DNA from: an uncultured Verrucomicrobiae bacterium
GTDB lineage: Bacteria; Verrucomicrobiota; Verrucomicrobiia; Limisphaerales; UBA8199
Assembly: GCA_963809845.1 (NCBI GenBank)
Contig: CAWELO010000013.1
Coordinates: 309,665 to 373,664 of the forward strand
DNA length: 64,000 nucleotides
Direction of reading: 5' to 3'
In this document: one piece after another, positions 1 through 11,219 of the stretch
Position numbering within the stretch: the first letter of the stretch is position 1
Layout: every line of letters starts with the position of its first letter
Position numbers and translations under genes: made by a program
The notes under the pieces: generated by a model
The model's input: the letters and a program-made list of their open reading frames with translations, nothing else
Told to the model about the DNA's origin: nothing
The model's database searches: none

Positions 1-380
1 TCGCCGAAATCACCTGACAGCGAGCCCTGGTCCATTCGATTGGTCTTCAGCGTCTCATACACCTGCGAGGCGGCCATCCCGGCATCCACGTCGCGCCGTT
101 GCAGGGCTCGCGCGTTCCGCAGCGTCGTCGAGACCAGGGCCAGGATGGCAAAGGTCGCCATGAAGAAAAGGCCGCAGGCAATCATGACTTCCATGAGCGT
201 GAACCCCCTGCGCGGCGTCGCATGGGGGTGCTTCGGGGCCAAGCGCACGGCGCGCGGCGTCCTTAAACGGATGCCGGGCGCGCGCGCCGCAAGACACGTG
301 GCGCGGGGCATCGGGGTGGTCGGACGATCGGGCGGACAAAACGCACCCTGCCGCCCGGCGATGTCGGCGCTCGGCTTCAT
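1..380 (-). CDS. prepilin-type N-terminal cleavage/methylation domain protein (GspI-like pseudopilin), runs off window start
   Basis: Manual translation from ATG 380 (overlaps TGA of upstream gene): ...RRG|FTLMEVMIACGLFFMATFAILALV..., a G|FTLxE prepilin motif plus hydrophobic helix; not in the ORF track because it is open at the edge. Confidence 0.8.
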   Translation of the reverse strand, partial: MKPSADIAGRQGAFCPPDRPTTPMPRATCLAARAPGIRLRTPRAVRLAPKHPHATPRRGFTLMEVMIACGLFFMATFAILALVSTTLRNARALQRRDVDAGMAASQVYETLKTNRMDQGSLSGDFG

Positions 381-1021
381 GAGACCCGGTTACGCAAATT
401 CTGCAAGTCGTTTTCCGTCAGCACACTAGCCAAGGCGGTGGTCACTTCCAGGGTGATGCCCAGGCGTCGGGCCTGGTCCGAAACCAGGATCAGCGTGAGT
501 TCATCGCTGGTGCCATCCGGAAAGAACCGGATGACCGCCTGCTCATCGTCGCGGAAATCGTGGGGCAGCTTGTTAATGTCCAGCATTTCGATGGTCACCC
601 GGCCCGAAAACTGGGCGCTCGTCCCGGAACCCACCGCGGTCGAAATGCTCGCCGTCACCGGACCCTTGCTGGCTTGGCCCCCGCCGGCGCCGCGGATTTC
701 CAAACGGCCCTCTCGAGGATGGAAAACGACGTCCATCTCCCTGCCTTGCAGGATGGCGCGCGCGCGGGCGTTGCTCAAGACCTCGACGGCATCTTTCACG
801 GCCTGGTTCAAAGGTTCGCGATGCCAGACCTTGTACACGATGGGCACGCCGATGGTCAGCATGATGCCCATGATCCCCACGACGATCATGATCTCGATGA
901 GCGTGAAGGCGGAATACCACCGGGCGCCACGGTCGCGGTGCGGACGCGCAGCCCCCCCGCCGCCAAGGCGCTCGCCGGCGGTCCCGAAACTGGCCATCTG
1001 AAATCTCGGGCTCGCCATCAT
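377..1021 (-). CDS. type II secretion minor pseudopilin (GspH/FimT-like)
   Basis: SA|FTLIEIMIVVGIMGIML prepilin motif, ARARAILQG helix and IRFFPDGT motif typical of GspH/FimT; coupled to gspF by ATGA overlap. Confidence 0.8.
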   Translation of the reverse strand: MMASPRFQMASFGTAGERLGGGGAARPHRDRGARWYSAFTLIEIMIVVGIMGIMLTIGVPIVYKVWHREPLNQAVKDAVEVLSNARARAILQGREMDVVFHPREGRLEIRGAGGGQASKGPVTASISTAVGSGTSAQFSGRVTIEMLDINKLPHDFRDDEQAVIRFFPDGTSDELTLILVSDQARRLGITLEVTTALASVLTENDLQNLRNRVS

Positions 1022-2292
1022 CGGGCAATATTAGCGGTCATCGCGAACATGGCGGAAAGCACACTCAGCAGGAGGAAGCCGACGCCGACGGCCATGACGA
1101 TGATCATAACCGGTTCGATCATGTTCATCATGACCTGCAGCGCGATATTGAGCTCGTTTTCATAGGTGTCCGCGACGTTTTTGAGCGCCCCGGGCACGTC
1201 TCCGGTGTCCTCGCCAATTTTGACCAGGTCCACCATGAGCTGGGGAAAAATCCGGCTGCGGGCCAAAGGCTGGGCAATGGTTTTGCCATCGGTGACCTCT
1301 TCGCGGGTTTTGGCGATGGCATCCTTCACCATCGTGTTGGGGATGATCTGCTCGGTGATCTTGAGCGCCGTGAGGACGGGCACGCCATTTTCGAGCAAGG
1401 TGGAGAGGGTTCGGGCGAACTGGCCGAAGAGATTCAGCTTGATCACTTTGCCAACCACTGGGGCGGTCATTTTCCATTGATCGAGTTTTCGGCGGCCCTC
1501 CGGGCTGGATTGAAAGCGCTTGAACAGGATGAGCAGTGCCGCCACCACCAGGAGCATGAGCCACCAATAGGCCGCGAAGACGTGGCTGATCCCAATCAGG
1601 ATCTGCGTCATGAAGGGCAACGGCACGTTCATGCCCTGAAAAATGCTCATGAACTTGGGCAGCATGTACGTCATGAAAAAGAACATGATGCCGATGCCCA
1701 CGACCCCGACAAACGAGGGATAGACCAGGGCCGAGGTGAACTTGGTCTGGACCTTGGCAAAGCGCTCGAAATGGTCGGCCATCCGCCGCAGAACTTCCAC
1801 CAGCGCGCCGCTCGATTCTCCGGCGCGCACCATGTTGACGTATAAATCGGAAAAAATGCGCGACTGCTTGGCCATCGCGTCCGAAAGGCTGCGCCCCTCC
1901 ATCACGTCCTGCCGCAGCTCCCGGCTGACGTCGGCGGAAATGCCTTTGGTCTCGAGGTGGGTCATGCTGTTGAGCGCCACGGTCAGCGGCATGCCCGAGT
2001 GCAGCAAGTTGGCCAACTGCTGGGTGAACGTGGCCAGTTCCTGCAGCTTGGGCTTGCGTTTCTGGGAAAGGGAGGCGCGCAACGACAGCGGCAGCAGCGC
2101 CAGCCAATCCGCCTTCTGACGCGTAGAAACGGTGGCGGCGACCGCCACCCCGCCTTTGGCGGCATCGACGGCCACGGGAAAGAGCCCCAGGCGTTCGATC
2201 TGAATCAGGGCGGCGGAGCGGTCAGCCACTTCGAGCATCCCTTCCACGACCTCGCCCGTGCGCCGCCGGGCTTTGTACGAAAACTGTGGCAT
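1018..2292 (-). CDS. gspF: type II secretion system F / PilC family inner-membrane platform protein
   Basis: MPQFSYKA start, FTQQLANLLHSGMPL, YVNMVRAGESSG, ALVYP, FARTLSTLLENGVP, IEP motifs. Confidence 0.93.
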   Translation of the reverse strand: MPQFSYKARRRTGEVVEGMLEVADRSAALIQIERLGLFPVAVDAAKGGVAVAATVSTRQKADWLALLPLSLRASLSQKRKPKLQELATFTQQLANLLHSGMPLTVALNSMTHLETKGISADVSRELRQDVMEGRSLSDAMAKQSRIFSDLYVNMVRAGESSGALVEVLRRMADHFERFAKVQTKFTSALVYPSFVGVVGIGIMFFFMTYMLPKFMSIFQGMNVPLPFMTQILIGISHVFAAYWWLMLLVVAALLILFKRFQSSPEGRRKLDQWKMTAPVVGKVIKLNLFGQFARTLSTLLENGVPVLTALKITEQIIPNTMVKDAIAKTREEVTDGKTIAQPLARSRIFPQLMVDLVKIGEDTGDVPGALKNVADTYENELNIALQVMMNMIEPVMIIVMAVGVGFLLLSVLSAMFAMTANIAR

Positions 2293-2361
2293 AAAGCGTA
2301 GCTACTCGTTCTTAAACACTTAGTTTAGCAAAAAGTTGCCGCATTCCAAGATACAATTTCA

Positions 2362-2556
2362 AGCGCAACCCTTGGGCGCGCACAAAGAAGCCCGCGCCGA
2401 AAAGCACGGCCGCCCGGAGGGTTGCGCTCCGTTTTGCCTGTGGCTTCGTTGCTCCTCGGTCACCGATCCATGCGGATAGGCTCCTTCGTCGCGCCTCGCC
2501 ACAGGCCAAATGGGGCGCAACGAACGCCATCGTATTTATGTTCATGACGACTTAGT
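2362..2556. repeat. intergenic palindromic (REP/MITE-like) element
   Basis: 24-bp inverted arms 2421-2444 / 2498-2521 (21/24) and an alternative perfect 11-bp pairing 2362-2372 / 2418-2428. Confidence 0.6.
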
Positions 2557-2600
2557 GCCTCCCATATCCACAGGAGCACGATAAGAATCGCCGAACCCCG

Positions 2601-2625
2601 TAAGCCGGCTCAAAGCCGGCGCTCC
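2601..2625 (+). repeat. short REP-like hairpin, copy 1
   Basis: TAAGCCGGCTCAAAGCCGGCGCTCC, identical to 31194-31218; GCCGGC-TCAAA-GCCGGC hairpin. Confidence 0.75.
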
Positions 2626-2869
2626 GGGGTGACTGCCGGGATGCGCTCACCCCTGGCGGTGCCCGCATTCGCGCAGCGGGCAGTCCCTGACCGCATCGGT
2701 GTCTGTGCTCTCCTCTTGGATTTGTTACAGCGTGCTCTGGGTTCGAAGATTCCCAATCGTGCCCACGTCAGGCATCGTTGGGCCGCTTGATGCGGCGGAG
2801 CGGGGTGGCCGGGCAACCGCGGATTCCCGGTCCATGCATCGCGCGCGCCCGAGAACCCATCGGAATTGC

Positions 2870-3478
2870 TTAGTCCTCCTCCTCCTCTGCGTGAGTGCGC
2901 ATGAAGGGCAGCTTGACGGTCTTTTGCAGGAAGCCCAGGAAGGTCTTCTTCTTCTTCTTTTCGGCACCAATCCGCTCGCACGGATGGCTGCACAACGGAC
3001 AAAGCTTGAGAACTTTTCCGCCCCGGCGGCGCAGGCGGTGAACGCATTCGTCGCAAAGGACCTCGTTACAGTGGGTGCACTGGTGGGTCACCCGAGCCTG
3101 GGGATGACGCCGGCAAAGCATCGAACCGTCCCAAAGGACCACCGGCGGCGCAGGGCGCGGCACGTCGATTTGTGGGATGGCAATTTTCACCTCGGTGGAA
3201 TCCACCAGCAATTCCACGTCGCCCAACCGCAAGGTCTGGCCGGTTTCGAGCCGGGCCTTGGTGATGGGCTCGTTGGCAATAAAGGTCCCATTGGTCGAAT
3301 CGCAGTCCCGGACCAGGATCTCGCCTTCGCTCAGCACGATTTCGCAATGCATCCCGGACACGGTGGGATGCTCGATTCGGAAATCATTGGCGGGGCCGCG
3401 GCCCAAGCGGTTCACGCCCAACCGCAACTCAATGACGGTGTCGTGGAATCCCGGCGTAACTATTTGGAGCCTCGCCAT
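2870..3478 (-). CDS. FHA domain protein with C-terminal Cys/His zinc-binding (B-box-like) region
   Basis: LGRGPANDFRIEHPTVSGMHC...DCDSTNGTF FHA motifs; CRRH..CTHC..LCDEC..CPLC; start taken at MARLQ. Confidence 0.85.
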   Translation of the reverse strand: MARLQIVTPGFHDTVIELRLGVNRLGRGPANDFRIEHPTVSGMHCEIVLSEGEILVRDCDSTNGTFIANEPITKARLETGQTLRLGDVELLVDSTEVKIAIPQIDVPRPAPPVVLWDGSMLCRRHPQARVTHQCTHCNEVLCDECVHRLRRRGGKVLKLCPLCSHPCERIGAEKKKKKTFLGFLQKTVKLPFMRTHAEEEED

Positions 3479-3599
3479 ATTGTCTTGACGTACGTGATTT
3501 TTAGCCGATTCCCGGCGTCTCTGTCCACTATAATCGCGGACCATGACAAAATATTTATAATGTGCTAAGTTTTGCTTAACCTGGGAAGGAGCACTGACT

Positions 3600-3926
3600 A
3601 TGGCGGCGCTGGCGGAAAAAGCATGTGTGCCCTGCAAAGGCGGCGTACCGCCTTTGAAAGGCGGGGATCTGACCCGCCTGCGCGGGGAGCTGGGACCGGA
3701 CTGGAGGGTCGTGGAGGAACATCACCTCGAACGAGAATTCAAGTTCAAGGATTTCCGTAAGGCCCTCGAATTCACCAATCGCGTAGGCGAGTTGGCCGAG
3801 GCCCAGGGCCATCACCCGGACATTTATCTGAGCTGGGGCAAGGTGCGGCTCACCATTTGGACGCACAAGATCGATGGCCTGACGGAGAGCGATTTCATCA
3901 TGGCGGCCAAGGTGGATCATTTATGA
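3600..3926 (+). CDS. phhB: pterin-4-alpha-carbinolamine dehydratase
   Basis: AEAQGHHPDI, WTHKIDGLTESDFIMAAK signature. Confidence 0.93.
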   Translation: MAALAEKACVPCKGGVPPLKGGDLTRLRGELGPDWRVVEEHHLEREFKFKDFRKALEFTNRVGELAEAQGHHPDIYLSWGKVRLTIWTHKIDGLTESDFIMAAKVDHL

Positions 3927-4020
3927 GGCAGGCCCCGTCCGGACCGGGATCTCATCCCCCCGGATTGATTGCCTCCCCGCCCTCGGGATCATCGGCCGGG
4001 CTCTGACCTAACCGAGAGGA

Positions 4021-4416
4021 TTAGCGTTGCACCGTGGGCAGCGCCGCGCCCGGTCCACCCAAGGGATTCCGCGCGAAGGCAAATTCCTGCACGATCTGTC
4101 CACCGATGAGATGGTCCTGGATGATGCGTTCAAGGACCTCGGGCGTGCATGAATGATACCAGACGCCTTCCGGATAAACCACCGCGATGGGGCCTTGAGT
4201 GCAGACCCGCAGGCAGCTGGCCCTCGTCCGATAGACCAGCGGTTCCGCACCGGCCAGGTTCAATTCTTTAAGCCGGCGTTTGAGGAACTCCCACGATTCC
4301 AGGCTCCGCTCACGCGGGGCGCATTTCGGTTCCGCCGGGTCGGTGCACAGGAAGATGTGCCGCCGGTATCGAGCCAGGCCCAGCGAGTTCGCAACCGCTT
4401 CGAGATCGGTGTTCAC
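4021..4416 (-). CDS. thioredoxin-like [2Fe-2S] ferredoxin
   Basis: RHIFLC...KC...[20 protein letters not shown]...IIQDHLIGG; start taken at GTG 4416. Confidence 0.88.
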   Translation of the reverse strand: MNTDLEAVANSLGLARYRRHIFLCTDPAEPKCAPRERSLESWEFLKRRLKELNLAGAEPLVYRTRASCLRVCTQGPIAVVYPEGVWYHSCTPEVLERIIQDHLIGGQIVQEFAFARNPLGGPGAALPTVQR

Positions 4417-4499
4417 GCGGGGGGTGCTGCGGGGAGCCGGGGGCGCCGAGGCGATCGCTGACCCGGGCGGTGGCGTCACCCACCGTCCGCTCCGGCCAG

Positions 4500-4925
4500 C
4501 TACTTCGCGCCCTGGTCGATCCAGGCCCGAATGAGACCCATTTGCTCCTTGGTCAAAGGTCCGATTCCGGCTTTGTTCTTTGGTGGCGGCATGTAGTCGT
4601 CCGGATCGCCCACGTGAACGATATTCGCCATGAGCACGCTCTCGGTGCTCTTGCCCGGCACGATGACCTTGCCGTCTTCGCTGCCCTTGAGAATGCCCTC
4701 GAGGCTGTCCAATCGCAGTTTGCCTTTGGGCTTTTTCTCGCCGTGACACCGGACGCAGGATTTTTCAAGAATGGGTTGGATATCCGTGGCGTAGGTCACG
4801 TTCTGCTTTTCAGCCGCGGGTGGGAGCTGGGCCGGATCGATATGTACCTTTTCGGCGGCATGAAGGGACAGCCAAGCCACCGTGAGACCGGCGGCGCTGC
4901 ATAGAACCAGGGTTTTTCGCATCAT
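4500..4925 (-). CDS. secreted planctomycete-type cytochrome c domain protein
   Basis: signal peptide, [15 protein letters not shown] (CxxCH), [17 protein letters not shown]...IRAWIDQGA. Confidence 0.88.
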   Translation of the reverse strand: MMRKTLVLCSAAGLTVAWLSLHAAEKVHIDPAQLPPAAEKQNVTYATDIQPILEKSCVRCHGEKKPKGKLRLDSLEGILKGSEDGKVIVPGKSTESVLMANIVHVGDPDDYMPPPKNKAGIGPLTKEQMGLIRAWIDQGAK

Positions 4926-5043
4926 AAAAACGTGGTTTAGGTTGCGGATAAGTTGTCACAGAACGTTCCGGAGTCAAATGTTTTACGGAGTTTGCCATTG
5001 CCGCGGAGAGGCAAACCGGTAGAGTGCTTTCCCGGCGGCCTCA

Positions 5044-6273
5044 ATGGAGAGGAAACAACATAGAATCGGGTCCGTCTCGCGGAGCGTCTTGACCATCAAT
5101 GGCGGCTCTTCGAGCATCAAGTTTGCCTTGTTCGAACCGGAGGATCGTTTGCGCCGCTCCCTCGAGGGAAGTGTGCAGCGAATCGGTCTCCCCGGGGCCA
5201 CCCTCGAAGCCAAAGGCACGGAGCCTTCCGACACCTTTTCGCGCAAAATTTCCGCCCCGAACCACACTGCGGCGGTAGAAGTCCTGATGGACTGGCTTTC
5301 CGAGCGCATCACGCGCGGGGGGCTGGCCGCCGCGGGACATCGGGTGGTGCATGGCGGCCCGAAGCACAGCGCGCCGGAAAGGATTACGCCACGGCTCGTG
5401 AGGGATCTGCGCGCGTTAACGCCCTTCGACCCCGAGCATCTCCCCGAGGAAATTCTGCTCACCGAGGCCTTTGCCCGGCGATTCCCCAAGCTGCCGCAAA
5501 TTGCCTGTTTCGATACCGCATTCCATCACGATCTGCCGCGCGTGGCACGGCTGCTGCCCCTGCCCCGCCGGTATGAGGCGCAAGGCGTCCGGCGTTACGG
5601 CTTTCACGGTCTGTCGTACGCGTTCCTGATGGAAGAGCTGGGCCGGAAGGCCGGCCGGCGCGCCGCCCGGGGGCGAATCATCCTGGCCCATCTGGGGAAT
5701 GGCGCGAGCCTGGCGGCGGTGCATCGCGGCCAGCCGATCGACACCAGCATGGCGCTCACGCCCACAGCGGGCGTGCCCATGAGCACCCGTTCCGGCGATC
5801 TCGACCCCGGCCTCGTCTGGTATTTGGCGCGGACGGAGAACATGACCGCCAAACAATTTAACGAGATGGTCAACTTCCGCTCCGGGTTGCTGGGTGTATC
5901 GGAGACCAGTTCGGACATGCGCGACTTGCTCCAACGCGAGGCGCGGGACCGTCGCGCGGCTGAGGCGGTGGCTCTGTTTTGCTACCAGGTCAAGAAGTGG
6001 ATCGGCGGGTTTGCCGCCGCGCTCGGCGGATTGGACACACTCATCTTTTCCGGGGGAATCGGCGAGCACGCGCCCCCGGTGCGCGCCCGAATTTGCGACG
6101 GCTTGGAATTCCTGGGCGTCAAGCTTGACCGCCGGCTGAACCGGGCGGGCGCGGAAATCATTTCGCCCGCTGGCGGATGCGTGACCGTTCGCGTGATGCG
6201 CACCGACGAGGAACTGATGATCGCCCGGGCTGCTTGCCTTAAGCTCCGAATCAAAATCTCCAACCTTGCCTAA
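5044..6273 (+). CDS. ackA: acetate/propionate kinase
   Basis: [55 protein letters not shown]. Confidence 0.96.
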   Translation: MERKQHRIGSVSRSVLTINGGSSSIKFALFEPEDRLRRSLEGSVQRIGLPGATLEAKGTEPSDTFSRKISAPNHTAAVEVLMDWLSERITRGGLAAAGHRVVHGGPKHSAPERITPRLVRDLRALTPFDPEHLPEEILLTEAFARRFPKLPQIACFDTAFHHDLPRVARLLPLPRRYEAQGVRRYGFHGLSYAFLMEELGRKAGRRAARGRIILAHLGNGASLAAVHRGQPIDTSMALTPTAGVPMSTRSGDLDPGLVWYLARTENMTAKQFNEMVNFRSGLLGVSETSSDMRDLLQREARDRRAAEAVALFCYQVKKWIGGFAAALGGLDTLIFSGGIGEHAPPVRARICDGLEFLGVKLDRRLNRAGAEIISPAGGCVTVRVMRTDEELMIARAACLKLRIKISNLA

Positions 6274-6284
6274 CGCATGCGCCT

Positions 6285-8690
6285 ATGAAGACCCGTCAAA
6301 CCCAGGATCCCAAACCACCGTTGTCACCGGATGTGCTGCGGAAAATGGACGCTTACTGGCGCGCCGCCAATTACCTGTCCGTGGGCCAAATCTACCTCTT
6401 GGACAACCCGCTGCTGAAAAAACCGCTCGAAGTCGGGCACGTCAAGCCGCGACTCCTGGGGCATTGGGGCACCACTCCCGGCTTGAACTTCATTTATGTT
6501 CATCTGAACCGCCTGATTCGGGAGCTCAACCTCGACATGATCTTTATTGCGGGCCCCGGCCATGGCGGCCCGGCGGTCGTGGCCAACACGTACCTCGAGG
6601 GGACCTACAGCGAGCTCTATCCCAACGTGTCGCAGGATGAAGCCGGGCTGAAGGAACTTTTCCGACAGTTCTCCTTCCCGGGCGGCATCCCCAGCCATGC
6701 CGCCCCGGAAACCCCGGGCTCGATCCACGAGGGCGGCGAACTGGGATATTCGCTCGCGCACGCCTTCGGCGCCGCGTTTGACAACCCGGACCTCATCGTC
6801 GCCTGCGTGATCGGGGATGGCGAGGCCGAAACGGGGCCGCTGGCGGCCAGTTGGCACGCTAACAAATTTCTGAACCCGGCGCGGGATGGAGCCGTCCTGC
6901 CCATCCTGCATTTGAACGGCTACAAGATCGCCAACTCGACGGTTCTGGCTCGCATCCCGCGGGGTGAACTCGAGGAACTGCTGCGGGGTTATGGCTATCG
7001 GCCTTACTTCGTCGAAGGCGATCAGCCCCCTGCCATGCACCAAAGCATGGCCGCCACCCTCGACGAGGTGCTAGGCGAGATTAAAAGAATTCAAAACCAG
7101 GCGCGCACCGGCGGATTCAAGATCCGCCCCGCCTGGCCGATGATCGTGTTGCGCAGCCCGAAAGGCTGGACCGGGCCGAAGATCGTCGATGGCGTGCAAA
7201 TCGAAGGCACCTGGCGCGCTCACCAGGTGCCCCTGTCGGAAATCGCCACTAAACCCGCTCACCTCAAGCAGCTCGAAGCCTGGATGAAAAGTTACCAGCC
7301 CGAGGAACTCTTCACCGAAAACGGCCGGCTCCGGCCCGAACTGGCCGAACTCGCGCCGGCCGGCGACCGCCGCATGGGCGCCAGCCCGCATGCCAACGGC
7401 GGGCTCCTGTTGCGCGATCTTAAACTCCCGGACTTCCAAAGCTACGCGGTGGCCGTCAAAGCCCCGGGAACCACAACCGCCGAAGCGACCCGCGTCCTGG
7501 GGGCCTTCCTCCGCGACGTCATGAAGCTCAACTCCGAGCAGCGTAACTTTCGGGTGTTTGGCCCGGACGAAACCGCCTCCAACCGTTTGGGCGCGCTGTT
7601 CGAAGTCACCAACCGGGCCTTTGTGGGCGAGATCGAAAAGACCGATGACCATACGGCGCCGGACGGGCGGGTCCTGGAAATCCTCAGCGAGCATTTATGC
7701 CAGGGCTGGCTGGAAGGCTATCTGTTGACCGGACGCCATGGTCTTTTTTCGTGTTACGAGGCCTTTATCCACATCGTGGATTCGATGTTCAACCAGCACG
7801 CCAAATGGCTGAAGGTAACCAAGCACATTCGCTGGCGGCGGCCGATCGCCTCGCTGAATTATCTGTTGACCTCACACGTTTGGCGCCAGGACCATAATGG
7901 CTTCAGCCACCAGGACCCCGGCTTTATTGATCACGTGGTCAACAAGAAAGCCGATATCATCCGCGTGTATCTGCCGCCCGATGCCAATACCTTGCTATCG
8001 GTGGCCGACCACTGCCTGCGCAGCCGCCATTACGTCAACGTGATCGTCGCCGGCAAGCAGCCAGCCTTGCAATGGCTCGAGATGGACGCGGCGGTTAAGC
8101 ACTGCACGGCCGGCATCGGCATCTGGGCCTGGGCCAGCAACGACCAGGGGTGCGAGCCGGATGTGGTGATGGCCTGCGCCGGCGATGTGCCCACGCTGGA
8201 GACACTGGCCGCGGTGGAAATGCTCCGCCAGCATTTCCCGGAACTCAAGATTCGGGTCATCAACGTCGTGGATCTCATGACCCTCCAGCCTCAGACCGAA
8301 CATCCGCATGGCTTGAGCGACCGGGACTTCGATGCACTGTTCACGTCCGATAAACCCATCATCTTCGCCTACCACGGTTATCCCTGGCTGATCCATCGCC
8401 TGACCTATCGGCGCGCCAATCATCGCAATTTGCATGTGCGCGGTTACAAAGAGGAAGGGACCACCACGACCCCGTTTGACATGGTGGTGCTCAACGAACT
8501 GGACCGGTTTCACCTGGTGGCTGATGTCATCGACCGGGTCCCCAGTCTCGGCGCGCGCGCCGCCTATGCCAAACAAGCCATCCGCGACAAGCTGATCGAC
8601 CATAAAAAATATATCCATACCTATGGCCAGGACATGCCCGAGATCCGGGATTGGAAATGGGGCGCAGCCCGGAAATCCAAGCCGGCTTGA
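6285..8690 (+). CDS. xfp: xylulose-5-P/fructose-6-P phosphoketolase
   Basis: [54 protein letters not shown]. Confidence 0.97.
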   Translation: MKTRQTQDPKPPLSPDVLRKMDAYWRAANYLSVGQIYLLDNPLLKKPLEVGHVKPRLLGHWGTTPGLNFIYVHLNRLIRELNLDMIFIAGPGHGGPAVVANTYLEGTYSELYPNVSQDEAGLKELFRQFSFPGGIPSHAAPETPGSIHEGGELGYSLAHAFGAAFDNPDLIVACVIGDGEAETGPLAASWHANKFLNPARDGAVLPILHLNGYKIANSTVLARIPRGELEELLRGYGYRPYFVEGDQPPAMHQSMAATLDEVLGEIKRIQNQARTGGFKIRPAWPMIVLRSPKGWTGPKIVDGVQIEGTWRAHQVPLSEIATKPAHLKQLEAWMKSYQPEELFTENGRLRPELAELAPAGDRRMGASPHANGGLLLRDLKLPDFQSYAVAVKAPGTTTAEATRVLGAFLRDVMKLNSEQRNFRVFGPDETASNRLGALFEVTNRAFVGEIEKTDDHTAPDGRVLEILSEHLCQGWLEGYLLTGRHGLFSCYEAFIHIVDSMFNQHAKWLKVTKHIRWRRPIASLNYLLTSHVWRQDHNGFSHQDPGFIDHVVNKKADIIRVYLPPDANTLLSVADHCLRSRHYVNVIVAGKQPALQWLEMDAAVKHCTAGIGIWAWASNDQGCEPDVVMACAGDVPTLETLAAVEMLRQHFPELKIRVINVVDLMTLQPQTEHPHGLSDRDFDALFTSDKPIIFAYHGYPWLIHRLTYRRANHRNLHVRGYKEEGTTTTPFDMVVLNELDRFHLVADVIDRVPSLGARAAYAKQAIRDKLIDHKKYIHTYGQDMPEIRDWKWGAARKSKPA

Positions 8691-8784
8691 GCCGGCGCCA
8701 ACCCGAATCGCGGTGAATTCGACGTTCGCTGATGGGCGGTGGCAGACCGGCGGGCGCATTCGCCTGCAGCAGCGCTGAACGGCT

Positions 8785-9534
8785 GTGCTGGACTTTAGCC
8801 TAACGCCCGCTCAATGGGTCTTGCTCTGCCTGGGCGCCCTGATTACCGGCCTTTCCAAGACCGGAATTGCCGGCGCCAGCGTGCTCGCGGTGGCGCTCTT
8901 CGCCAACGCCATTCCCGCCCGCGCCTCAACCGGCGCCCTGCTGCCGCTGCTGTTGTGCGCGGACGTCTTTGGCGTTGCGTTCTTCCGCAAGCACGCCAGT
9001 TGGCCGCACTTGTGGCGGCTCTTCCCCTGGGTGGGGGTCGGAGTGCTGGGTGGCTACTTCGCGCTGGATAAAATCAGCAACGCGCAGGTGCAACGGATGA
9101 TTGGCGGAATTCTTTTGGTCATGGTGGCGCTACATTTGTGGCGGCAGCGGAAAGGGGGTTCCGCGGGGGAAAAACTGCCGCACGCCTGGTGGTTCGCCGC
9201 GCTGACAGGCGTGCTGGCGGGTTTTACCACCATGGTGGCCAACGCGGCCGGTCCCATCATGATTCTGTACTTCCTCGCGCTGGGATTGCCCAAGCTCAGT
9301 TTCATCGGCACCGGCGCCTGGTTTTATCTCCTGGTCAATGCCTTCAAGGTGCCTTTCAGCGCACGCCTGGGATTGATTACGCGCGAATCCCTGTTGCTGG
9401 ATGGGCTGCTGTTGGCGCCCATGATCCCAGGCGCGCTGCTCGGCCCTATCATTCTGAAGCGCATCAACCAGCGTGCCTTCGAAGCCATGGCCTTGCTGCT
9501 CACGGTCGCGGCGGCCATCCGGCTTTTGCTATAG
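8785..9534 (+). CDS. TauE/SafE family membrane transporter
   Basis: multi-TM; GLSKTG, LLPLLLCADV, GFTTMVANAAGP motifs. Confidence 0.88.
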   Translation: MLDFSLTPAQWVLLCLGALITGLSKTGIAGASVLAVALFANAIPARASTGALLPLLLCADVFGVAFFRKHASWPHLWRLFPWVGVGVLGGYFALDKISNAQVQRMIGGILLVMVALHLWRQRKGGSAGEKLPHAWWFAALTGVLAGFTTMVANAAGPIMILYFLALGLPKLSFIGTGAWFYLLVNAFKVPFSARLGLITRESLLLDGLLLAPMIPGALLGPIILKRINQRAFEAMALLLTVAAAIRLLL

Positions 9535-10060
9535 CCGTGGCGATGGCGGCGCGCACTTCCCGGTGCTTGTCCTGCGAATCCGCGCGCAACGCGGCCAACG
9601 CCCCAGGGTCCGCGAATCCACGCTCGCGCAACGCGCCTAAAGTCATCGCACAGACCATTCGCACCGCGGGGTCTTTCTCCCGCAAAGCCGCGGCCAATTG
9701 CGGAATCACCGCCGGCCCGACTTCGAGCAAAGCTGCCGTGGCCTTGAACTCGTCGAAGCCGCCCGCGTGCGGTTTGGGCAATACCTTCCGCACCAGCTCG
9801 GGAAGGCGGCGCCAGAACCGCTGGTATTCCTCCCACCAACCCCAACTGGGATGTTCCCACCGCAATTTCTTCAGGATCCAGGGCGTGGCGGCGGGCCCGA
9901 TCTCATGCACGGCCAGCGCGGCAGGTTCGCCTCCGGAATCCAGCCAGTCGCTCAGCCGCCGCCCCGCATAAACCGGCTCGGTTGAGCGGAGCCCAGCGGC
10001 GCCCCAAAGCACGGCCAGAACGGCGAGCACAACCAGCGCGAGGCGGAAAATCCGGCGCAT
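9500..10060 (-). CDS. membrane-anchored HEAT-repeat protein
   Basis: N-terminal TM, EPVYAGRRLSDWL, VGPAVIPQLAAALREKDPAVR HEAT-like repeats. Confidence 0.65.
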   Translation of the reverse strand: MRRIFRLALVVLAVLAVLWGAAGLRSTEPVYAGRRLSDWLDSGGEPAALAVHEIGPAATPWILKKLRWEHPSWGWWEEYQRFWRRLPELVRKVLPKPHAGGFDEFKATAALLEVGPAVIPQLAAALREKDPAVRMVCAMTLGALRERGFADPGALAALRADSQDKHREVRAAIATAIAKAGWPPRP

Positions 10061-10175
10061 GGCCCACTGTCGTCCTGGCCGCTCCGTGACGCCAGTGAAT
10101 TCCCGCGGGCGGGCAGGCCGGGAAAATCGATTGACAAGCGGATGCGATACTTTAGACCTGAACCCCGTGCGGAAC

Positions 10176-11219
10176 ATGACCAAGTACAGCCTGGTCCTCC
10201 TTTCGTTTCTGTGCCTCTGGGCGGGGAGCGCGTTCGCGGCCTCAACCGATCCTTTCACCCTCTGGCAACAGGGCGAGCTCCGTGGCGCGAATGTAATGCC
10301 GGCGCAATGCACCGTCGAAGATCTGCGTGTGCTGCGGAGCTGGGGCGCGAACCTCGCGGAGATCCCCGTGCTGAACGTTTATGCGCCGACGTCGCCCTAC
10401 GCTTTTCAGCCGGAGAATCTGGCCCAATTGGATCGAATGGTGGCGGCGGCGGGGGCGGCTCATCTTTACGTGGCCCTGACCTGCCGCGAGGGGCCGGGCC
10501 GTCCGGATTTTAACCGCAGCCACGAGATCTGGCAGGACGCCGCGGCCCAGGCGGCCTACGTGAAAATGTGGGGCGAAATCGCCCGGCATTATCGCGGGCG
10601 CGCCTCGGTCATTGGCTACGATTTGATGTGCGAACCGCACCCCGATCAATACGCCGATCAGCCCCTGGGCGACTGGAACGCGCTGGCGAAACGGATCACC
10701 GCGGCCATTCGTGAGGTGGATCAACAAACCCCCATCTTGATCAACTCGATTGGCTGGGCCTATCCCCACCAATTTCAGTCGCTGCGGCCCACTGGCGATC
10801 CACGCACCGTGTATGTGGTGCATTTCTATGATCCGCACTATTACACTCACCAGAAGCCCGGGGAAAAAGTCGGCTACCCCGGATTTCGCGTTCCCGGCCA
10901 CGACGACAGCCCCTGGGACAAAGCCACGCTCGAAGCCCACCTGGCGCCCGTGCGCGCCTTCCAGGAGAAATACCACGTGCCCATTTTCGTAGGTGAATTC
11001 GGCTGCGCGCGCTACGCCCCCGGAGTCGAGCAGTGGTTTCGTGACCAGATGGATCCCTACAAGCAATACGGCTGGTCCTGGGCTTACTGGGCTTTCCGGG
11101 AGTGGGACGTAATGAACATCGAACGCACGGCCGAGCCCGCGGACAAAACGAATCAGCCCGACACCCCCCTGCTGCGGTTGTTCAAGAGCTACTTCGCCAA
11201 GGACACTCACTTCCCCTGA
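10176..11219 (+). CDS. secreted glycoside hydrolase family 5
   Basis: signal peptide; GYDLMCEP (acid/base), VHFYDP, IFVGEFG (nucleophile), WAYW. Confidence 0.88.
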   Translation: MTKYSLVLLSFLCLWAGSAFAASTDPFTLWQQGELRGANVMPAQCTVEDLRVLRSWGANLAEIPVLNVYAPTSPYAFQPENLAQLDRMVAAAGAAHLYVALTCREGPGRPDFNRSHEIWQDAAAQAAYVKMWGEIARHYRGRASVIGYDLMCEPHPDQYADQPLGDWNALAKRITAAIREVDQQTPILINSIGWAYPHQFQSLRPTGDPRTVYVVHFYDPHYYTHQKPGEKVGYPGFRVPGHDDSPWDKATLEAHLAPVRAFQEKYHVPIFVGEFGCARYAPGVEQWFRDQMDPYKQYGWSWAYWAFREWDVMNIERTAEPADKTNQPDTPLLRLFKSYFAKDTHFP

